NCBI GenBank assembly: GCA_027031765.1
Contig: JALVPN010000133.1
Coordinates: 1 to 12,367, forward strand
DNA: 12,367 nucleotides
Direction of reading: 5' to 3'
DNA from: Promethearchaeota archaeon
GTDB lineage: Archaea > Asgardarchaeota > Thorarchaeia > Thorarchaeales > Thorarchaeaceae
Under the pieces are notes generated by a model. The model was not told the origin of the DNA. It did no database searches and saw nothing but the letters and a program-made list of their open reading frames with translations. Every line of letters starts with the position of its first letter. The stretch's first letter is position 1. The translations under genes and the position numbers were made by a program. Positions 7,033 to 12,367 of this stretch are shown here, piece after piece.

Positions 7033-7988
7033 TCGGAACGGAGCCCGCGGAAGAAGTCACGTCCCCAGTCCCCAACGGCGATGCTCCCGCTCCGCACCCT
7101 GTCGAGGATGGACCCATAGTCCAGTCCTCCATCGGTAGGCACGTCAAGGATACCGACCTGTACCATCTCTGTAATGAACCCGACAAGTGCGGGCAGCTTG
7201 TAGATGCCGAACAGCCCGATACACTCCGCAAGCACACGCTTCAGGCCCTCCTTCAGACCGGCCAGTGGGTCCTCGTGAGTGCGCAGCCCCCCTTCGAGCG
7301 CCTTCAGTGTACAGCACACGGTCTGTTCGGTGGCATCCGGTTCGGCCCTGAAGTGCCCCTCTGGCGATAGGGCGAACGGGTCGCGGATGTACGTGTCAAT
7401 CTTGAAGCGTGCCTCATGGTCTGGGATCTCCCACCACGCCCTGAGTACCTGGTCGCTGAGCGGCATGACCTCCCACTTCTCAGGCGCACTCTGTGAGAGC
7501 GGGTCTGGTATGAACGAGTGCCACCCCGGTACCATCCGCAGTCTTAGTCCCTCGTGGATGTCAGCGCGCCTGACACAGTAGTGCACGAGGTCAAACAGTG
7601 CGTCATAGATGTCCGCTCCTGTGTCCACATAGACAAACACGGGCTCGTAGTCGCACTCGTGTGGTGGCACCGCCTGGTAGTCGAAGACAAAGATGTACTG
7701 CAGACACATCCCCCTGCCATCACGCCCCGCCCTCCTCCTGACCACACGTCCGAACACCCCCACGAACTCGGTCTCTTCGAGCGCCTCCCTTATTTCCTCG
7801 GGGAGCCGGTGACCAAGGGTCGACAGCAGGGCGCGGTCGCAGTCACGCACTCCAACGACGGGTGGGAAGTACTGTTCGAGCAGTGCCTTGTCGTACTCTG
7901 CACTCAGCCCAGGTGCGACCTCATCGAATGTCGCCCGTTCCACCGGTACTCTCAGGCGCAGTGCGCCCCCGTATCTCTTCTCTACCAA
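7029..7988 (-). CDS. Hypothetical protein, 319 aa, with a Vps62/NPP1-like 'QY-x-F...H-x-x-D-Y-E-x-V-x-V' motif
   Basis: Long ORF with TTG start preceded by GGGGTG SD-like site (7996-8001, 7-nt spacing). Motif LQYIFVFDYQAVPPHECDYEPVFVYVD at 7623-7703 and downstream GWHSF. The CDS is confident; the family call is tentative. Confidence 0.8.
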   Translation of the reverse strand: MVEKRYGGALRLRVPVERATFDEVAPGLSAEYDKALLEQYFPPVVGVRDCDRALLSTLGHRLPEEIREALEETEFVGVFGRVVRRRAGRDGRGMCLQYIFVFDYQAVPPHECDYEPVFVYVDTGADIYDALFDLVHYCVRRADIHEGLRLRMVPGWHSFIPDPLSQSAPEKWEVMPLSDQVLRAWWEIPDHEARFKIDTYIRDPFALSPEGHFRAEPDATEQTVCCTLKALEGGLRTHEDPLAGLKEGLKRVLAECIGLFGIYKLPALVGFITEMVQVGILDVPTDGGLDYGSILDRVRSGSIAVGDWGRDFFRGLRSD

Positions 7989-8021
7989 CCACTTACACCC
8001 CAGTGAGCTCTCCCCTTGCGG

Positions 8022-8065
8022 GCTGACCGGGTGGCCATGTCATGAGGCCATGCCCGGTCGTCAGC
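8022..8065. other. Long imperfect GC-rich hairpin in the DUF35 / 319-aa gene spacer
   Basis: GACCGGG (8025-8031) pairs with CCCGGTC (8053-8059), and TGGCC (8032-8036) with GGCCA (8046-8050), with a 2-nt bulge and 9-nt loop. Outer GCT/AGC extends the stem. Confidence 0.5.
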
Positions 8066-8096
8066 GTATCGTGGGAGTCTTCGTGTACAGCCCGTT

Positions 8097-8486
8097 TCAG
8101 GCCGGTCTGAAGGCGAGGTATGTCCGGCCGCTCTTGCCGGTATCGTAGTCGAGGACCATGGGCATGCCTATCTTGACCTCTGCAGGCCTCTGGGGGTCAA
8201 GACCGGTCAGTCGGACCGTGATACGCGTCCCCTCTTCGAGCTCGACAATCCCGATATAGTAGGGGGCCTCGTCCTGGAACTGCTCCGGGGCGACGTGGAT
8301 GACCGTGTAAGAGACCAGCTTTCCCTTCCCGCTGACCCCGGTCCACTCCATCTGAGTCCCACCGCAGGAGTAGCAGACCCCTACTGGGGGTGCTATCACA
8401 GCACCGCACTTGGCGCACTTGTAGGCCTTGAAGTCGCGTGCCTCGATGTTCTTCTTGTACTGTTCGAGTGATGGTCGTCCGCTCAT
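8097..8486 (-). CDS. Zn-ribbon/OB-fold protein (DUF35 family), thiolase partner, 129 aa
   Basis: CAKC...PP...CYSC zinc ribbon, then GKGKLVSYTVIH...PY-x-IGIVELEEG-x-RI OB-fold pattern. The start overlaps the thiolase stop (ATGA, 8483-8486), indicating translational coupling. Confidence 0.93.
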   Translation of the reverse strand: MSGRPSLEQYKKNIEARDFKAYKCAKCGAVIAPPVGVCYSCGGTQMEWTGVSGKGKLVSYTVIHVAPEQFQDEAPYYIGIVELEEGTRITVRLTGLDPQRPAEVKIGMPMVLDYDTGKSGRTYLAFRPA

Positions 8487-9655
8487 GCGTCAGCCCTCCT
8501 CATGATGTTCACAACGCAGGTCGCACCGGTGCCGCCAAAGTTGTGCATGATTGCGGTGTCGTGTCGCGGCACCTGGTTCGGGCCCGCCTCACCAATCAGT
8601 TCACGGTAGACCACTACCGCCTGCTTGACCCCCGTGGCCCCGACAGGGTGCCCCACCGCTTTCAGCCCGCCCATCGGGTTCACTGGCATGTCGCCGTCAA
8701 GGGCGGTCACGCCCTCCCTCACTGCCCTGGCCCCCTCTCCGGGCTCGAACAGACCAAGGTCTTCGGTTGCAATAATCTCTGCTATGGTGAAGCAGTCGTG
8801 CACGACGGCAAAGTCCATGTCCTTGGGCCCCAGCCCCGCCATGTCATAGGCAATCCGGCTGGCCTTGACAGATGCCTCAAAGGATGTGAGGACCGTCCTG
8901 TCGCAGAGGTTCATCGATGCGGACGCCTGTCCGGTACCTATTATCCGCACGGGCGTGTCGGTGTACTGCTTAGCCTTCTCGTTGGACGTGAGGACCAGCG
9001 CCGCAGCACCGTCAGAGATGGGTGAGCAGTCAAAGAGCTTCAGTGGCCATGCTATGTACCGTGGTGTCAGGGCCTTCTCAAGCGTTATCTCCTTCTGGAA
9101 CTGGGCCAGAGGGTTCGTGGAGGCATTCTTGTGTGCCTTGACGGCCACCAGTGCCATGTCCTCCTCAGTGGTACCGTACTCCTGCATGTGTGCAACAGCG
9201 GCTATGGCAAACACGCCCGGGAATGTCAGGCCAATCCCGGACTCGAACTCGTCGTCGGCCGCCGCTGCAAGGGCCTCCGTTGCCCTGTTCGTGGACACCG
9301 ACGTCATCTTCTCAGCGCCCGCCACCAACACAGTGTCGTAGAGTCCAGACTCAATGGCCATGATCGCTGCGCGGAGGGCCGTGGCCCCGGAAGCACATGC
9401 AGCCTCATGCCGTGTTGCTGGCAGCCCGCGCATCCCTGCATAGTCGAGGAGCAGGGGCGCAGTGTGTCCCTGGTGGACCAGCATCTCAGGGATGAAGGTG
9501 CCAATGAACGCTGCCTGGATGTCCTCCTTCGGTACTCCGGCCTGTGTCGTAGCCTTGTCCACGGCCTCAGCAAACATCTCCCGCAGGGTGACCCCTTCGA
9601 GCTTGCCAAACTTGGTCTGTGCAGCACTGACTATGTTCGTGTTCTTGAGCGGCAA
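8483..9655 (-). CDS. Archaeal thiolase (acetyl-CoA C-acetyltransferase, SCP2-thiolase-like clade), 390 aa
   Basis: Catalytic-Cys motif EAACASG, plus KAHKNA, FDCSPISDGAAA, HDCFTIAE, NPMGGLKAVGHPVGATG and C-terminal HNFGG. TTG start 9 nt after a GAGGTGA SD site; an in-frame TGA at 9665-9667 bounds the start. Confidence 0.95.
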   Translation of the reverse strand: MPLKNTNIVSAAQTKFGKLEGVTLREMFAEAVDKATTQAGVPKEDIQAAFIGTFIPEMLVHQGHTAPLLLDYAGMRGLPATRHEAACASGATALRAAIMAIESGLYDTVLVAGAEKMTSVSTNRATEALAAAADDEFESGIGLTFPGVFAIAAVAHMQEYGTTEEDMALVAVKAHKNASTNPLAQFQKEITLEKALTPRYIAWPLKLFDCSPISDGAAALVLTSNEKAKQYTDTPVRIIGTGQASASMNLCDRTVLTSFEASVKASRIAYDMAGLGPKDMDFAVVHDCFTIAEIIATEDLGLFEPGEGARAVREGVTALDGDMPVNPMGGLKAVGHPVGATGVKQAVVVYRELIGEAGPNQVPRHDTAIMHNFGGTGATCVVNIMRRADA

Positions 9656-9664
9656 GGCATGTCT

Positions 9665-9671
9665 TCACCTC
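9665..9671 (-). promoter_or_regulatory. Shine-Dalgarno site of the thiolase gene
   Basis: The minus strand reads GAGGTGA-AGACATGCC-TTG. Confidence 0.75.
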
Positions 9672-9701
9672 GTCTACAGGTGCCGCGTGTGCGGGGCCCG
9701 C

Positions 9702-9709
9702 AATATAAA
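9702..9709 (-). promoter_or_regulatory. TATA box of the thiolase-DUF35 operon
   Basis: Minus-strand TTTATATT is the only strongly AT-rich patch here. An expected TSS ~25 nt downstream (~9677-9680) would include the SD site in the leader. Confidence 0.65.
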
Positions 9710-10172
9710 GTGTGTGTCCATGACCGGATTCGAGTACAGACCGCGGTCAGGTCGAGCACTCCTCACACACCACCCGCAGCTGCATTGCACACGGGACTAT
9801 GGACTGCTGGTGCTGATGGGCCAGTTGCAAGACGGTGATGTCGTGGCCCTTCCATCCTGGTCTGCCCTCGTACTCGTGCCCGGCGGAAAGGATTGGGTCA
9901 GCCTAGAACCGACTGAACCGCCCACGCTGGCTGCGGGCATGGAGCACCTCGATGGCGACGTGTACATGGTGTGACAGGGCAGCCCACACCGGCCCTAGAC
10001 ATGTAGAGTGAAAGTCCTTGAGGAGTTACGCAAGACCCGTGATAGCAGGCCCGCCCGGTTCTTTGCCGATGAGGAGGTATGACGCGAAACGAGTTGTGAG
10101 GACTTCCGTGACAACGATGCCCTTTTCTACCACGTAGCAAGAAGATATGTAGACACGGAAGCGGTGTGAAAA

Positions 10173-10601
10173 GTGACCGAGCCAACCAATCAGGACGCCC
10201 CCACACTGATGAGCCGCCTCCGAGAGGGCGCCCTAGCCATTGGGATTGACCGCATAGTGGAGGATCTAGGCATAGTGGCCGTGGTCGAGGCGGTGGGCAT
10301 TGACATGGTCATCGAGGCAGTGGGCATTGGCATGGTCGTCGAGGCAGTGGGCATTGACAGGGTTGTCAGGGCGCTGGGCATTGGCATGGTCGTCGAGGCA
10401 GTGGGCATTGACAGGATTGTCGAGGCAGTGGGCATTGACAGGATTGTCGAGGCAGTGGGCATTGACAGGGTTCTTGGTGCGTGTGGGCCGGAGAACATAG
10501 CACGGTACCTGCTTGAGAACCCGGAGGCGGTCTACTCGCTGCCAGTCGAGACCCGCAAGAAAGTCGTCCAACTCTTCCGAAAGAGCTTGGAGGACTCGTA
10601 G
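10173..10601 (+). CDS. Residual 142-aa ORF (or from ATG 10209) made mostly of 9-aa helical repeats; C-terminal part of the pseudogene above
   Basis: Open frame with an amphipathic repeat G-I-[DG]-[RM]-[IV]-V-E-A-V and a charged helical tail. Independent expression is not shown. Confidence 0.5.
   Translation: MTEPTNQDAPTLMSRLREGALAIGIDRIVEDLGIVAVVEAVGIDMVIEAVGIGMVVEAVGIDRVVRALGIGMVVEAVGIDRIVEAVGIDRIVEAVGIDRVLGACGPENIARYLLENPEAVYSLPVETRKKVVQLFRKSLEDS
10242..10484 (+). repeat. Tandem array of 9 x 27-bp units (consensus GGCATTGACAGGATTGTCGAGGCAGTG)
   Basis: 243 bp = 9 units from G24 to C104 of the residual ORF. Units 7 and 8 are identical in DNA, units 4 and 6 are identical, and the outer units are degenerate. 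Confidence 0.92.
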
Positions 10602-11017
10602 CTCCTGTGCATTTCCAGTAGGGCCCCGGTGTGCTGTCCCGGTGTACCGCCTCGTGCATGCAGGCATCTCCGTGTCCACTCCACCAGCAGTCCTGATGGC
10701 ACCCGGTCACATGCAGTCCCATGATTTCCGTAGTCGCTGCACGACCTGCCGATGGTCGCAGCGCCTGTACTGGCTGCGCGAATGCCCGTCCCGCATGTCC
10801 TGCTTGGAGGCCTGTCCGTACTGTGTGGCCATCCCTGTCCGGCCAGTGCCAGTCCGGGCCCCCATAGTGTTGAGGCCGTGTCCTAGCGCGAGGAGTGTCC
10901 AGGCCGTCTGTCACTGTCCTGCCTGTCGTATCCGGCCCGCTGCACCGGCGAAGTGATGCGGGGTGTTGCCCAGATGCTTGGACAGGCACAGGCCATGCTG
11001 GAGGGACCCGGTGACCG

Positions 11018-12367
11018 CTAGCTGCCACCTGAGATCTTCTCCAGCTCCTCCTCTAACAACGGACGCACTCTGTCCACCCACTCGTAGTCCAGCTGTCCTA
11101 TGTGTTGGAGCTGCTCGCTGATAATGTGTGCCTTGACCCCTGCGGCCTGTGCTTGCAGGCGGCTGTTCTCCATGGCAAGCGACGCGATATTGTCATACCA
11201 TAGAGTCCAGGCGTAGCCGATGTAGTCGTCCGCCTTCACTTCGGGGCCATGTTCCAGCACTTTTTTCAGCCAGACCTCCTTCTCTCTACTGCTGCCAGTG
11301 ATGACCCACTTGGGCAGTATCACTACAGTCGCTCTCTGAGTGGCCACGACGACCTCATGGTCATCCACCGCTATGCCCGCCACACCGCCGAAGATAGGGG
11401 GCGTTATGTGACGTTCCCAAGACTCCTTGTCCCACAGCATGAGCCGGTCTGCCTCGCTGCCGACATACATATACCCGTCATCCACCGCGAGGCTGGTGCC
11501 CTCGACCGGGAGTGATATCTCGGTCACCTGTTCAAAGGTGTCCCTGTCGTAGACAGTTACTGTTGACACGCCCAACACGTACAGGTACCTATTGTCAGAG
11601 ACCACCAGGGGCCTGCTGCTCAGCTTGATGTCCAGCGTATTCCCGGTGTGCGACCAGCTGCCCTTTTCCCACTGTTCAATGACAAAGTGTGTGGCATATA
11701 GCTTGAACAGTTGCCCCGCCTCCACGTACTCTGCTATGATATAGAGGTACTGTTCGTCGTCTGCAACATCAACAACACGGTAGTCCTCGTACTCCTCCCC
11801 GGCACCGGTGGCAAGGCCGGCAGCAGCCCTGATCTTCTTGTCCGCAATCCTGGTCTCCTCTGCGAACTCCCCCTTGCGCCATACTATGACGTCATTGTCC
11901 TGCCTGCTAGTGGTGTAGACATACACCCCGTCCGAGGCAACGGCGGTGCCCGCCTCCTCCAGCTGCGTGACCGTATTCCCTGTGTCCTTCTCTACTACCA
12001 TCAGCCCATGGTCCTCGACTGGCCAGTAGAGGTACTTTTCATCGCTGTCCAAGTCACTGGCCAGAGCCTCGACCCGTACGAGACTGCTGCCCAGAGCCGG
12101 CGACCACCTAGGAAACTTCCAGACCGCCGACCGCTCGGGAAACTCATCGGGGCCACTGCGCCCGCTCACGAAGACATGTCCCCCGTCGCATACGACTGCC
12201 CCCCCATAGAATGCGGGAGGCGTGGACAGGGGTCTGAGGCTGCACCCATCCAAGACTGTCACCCCCGCCGTGTTCCCTACCAAGTAGACGTACCTGTCGT
12301 CAGCCACAATGTCAGGAGTGTCGTCGTATGTCTGCTTCATTGGACGCAGCATTTCAGAGGTGACAAA
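11018..12367 (-). CDS. Beta-propeller repeat protein with C-terminal helical domain, probably 5'-truncated at the window edge
   Basis: Eight blade-like motifs: ADDRYVY, CDGGHVF, SDEKYLY, SDGVYVY, DDEQYLY, SDNRYLY, VDDGYMY, VDDHEVV. The frame is open from 12367 (FVTSE-M...), so ATG 12352 may be internal. TAG stop at 11018-11020. Confidence 0.85.
   Translation of the reverse strand, partial: FVTSEMLRPMKQTYDDTPDIVADDRYVYLVGNTAGVTVLDGCSLRPLSTPPAFYGGAVVCDGGHVFVSGRSGPDEFPERSAVWKFPRWSPALGSSLVRVEALASDLDSDEKYLYWPVEDHGLMVVEKDTGNTVTQLEEAGTAVASDGVYVYTTSRQDNDVIVWRKGEFAEETRIADKKIRAAAGLATGAGEEYEDYRVVDVADDEQYLYIIAEYVEAGQLFKLYATHFVIEQWEKGSWSHTGNTLDIKLSSRPLVVSDNRYLYVLGVSTVTVYDRDTFEQVTEISLPVEGTSLAVDDGYMYVGSEADRLMLWDKESWERHITPPIFGGVAGIAVDDHEVVVATQRATVVILPKWVITGSSREKEVWLKKVLEHGPEVKADDYIGYAWTLWYDNIASLAMENSRLQAQAAGVKAHIISEQLQHIGQLDYEWVDRVRPLLEEELEKISGGS

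Larger units (their letters stand above)
9720..10601 (+). pseudogene. Decayed gene in a single frame with four internal stops, resembling PD-(D/E)XK/Rpn-like proteins with C-terminal GIxxVxEAV repeats
   Basis: One frame runs from ATG 9720 to TAG 10599-10601 with stops only at TGA 9972, TAG 9996, TGA 10080 and TGA 10167. The between-stop segments translate to protein-like text (FEYRPRSGR...DYGLLVL...EHLDGDVYMV*...VKVLEELRK...RFFADEEV*RE...ALFYHVARRYVDTEAV*KV...) with GC-rich third positions. The family resemblance is from memory of such proteins, not a search. Confidence 0.55.

Noticed and set aside
9131-9838. Plus-strand ORFs antisense to the thiolase (9131..9838 and the 5' part of 9462..9974)
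   Set aside because: Antisense shadows. Only the part from ~9720 onward looks coding and is treated as the pseudogene.
10071-10099. GAGGAGGT followed by ATG 10079 as a gene start
   Set aside because: It opens only a 6-codon ORF. The purine run is explained by Glu-Glu-Val codons in the pseudogene frame.
10242-10484. 27-bp array as a CRISPR array
   Set aside because: No unique spacers, variation follows codon positions, and no cas genes are present in the window.
9972-10760. Selenocysteine recoding of the in-frame TGAs with a SECIS in the downstream spacer (ATGA 10721 ... GA 10751)
   Set aside because: One stop is TAG, the TGAs are not in redox-type motifs, and the candidate lacks a paired helix II and apical adenosines.
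6012-10937. Shared 11-mer CGTATCCGGCC at 6012 and 10927 in two intergenic regions
   Set aside because: Several exact 11-mer matches are expected by chance in a 12-kb GC-rich window, and there is no flanking similarity.
10366-11028. 220-aa minus-strand ORF downstream of the propeller gene
   Set aside because: Low-complexity G/P/R/A/H composition, no RBS, and it overlaps the repeat ORF antisense.

Overview
GC-rich archaeal DNA, most consistent with an Asgard (Thorarchaeia-like) genome. That assignment is inferred from protein style, archaeal TATA/GAGGTGA signals and the thiolase-DUF35 pair. The window holds the following, in order. (1) The 3' part (>1,830 aa, open at the left edge) of a giant single-pass membrane protein: about 12 tandem ~100-aa Ig-like beta-sandwich repeats rich in N-glycosylation sequons, one TM helix, then a longin-like domain, a winged-helix-like domain and an acidic tail ending in a perfect 12-bp tandem array (DDNS repeats). 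(2) A 106-aa hypothetical protein. (3) A DedA/VTT membrane protein. (4) A convergent minus-strand cluster: archaeal thiolase, DUF35 Zn-ribbon/OB-fold partner, and a 319-aa protein with a Vps62/NPP1-like H-x-x-D-[WY]-E motif. (5) A previously uncalled single reading frame at 9720-10601 broken by four in-frame stops and ending in nine 27-bp/9-aa repeats, probably a decayed PD-(D/E)XK/Rpn-like gene. (6) A ~416-bp intergenic stretch enriched in TGTCC. (7) A beta-propeller protein open at the right edge. No rRNA, tRNA, CRISPR array or intact transposase was seen. All family calls are by eye; no database searches were run.
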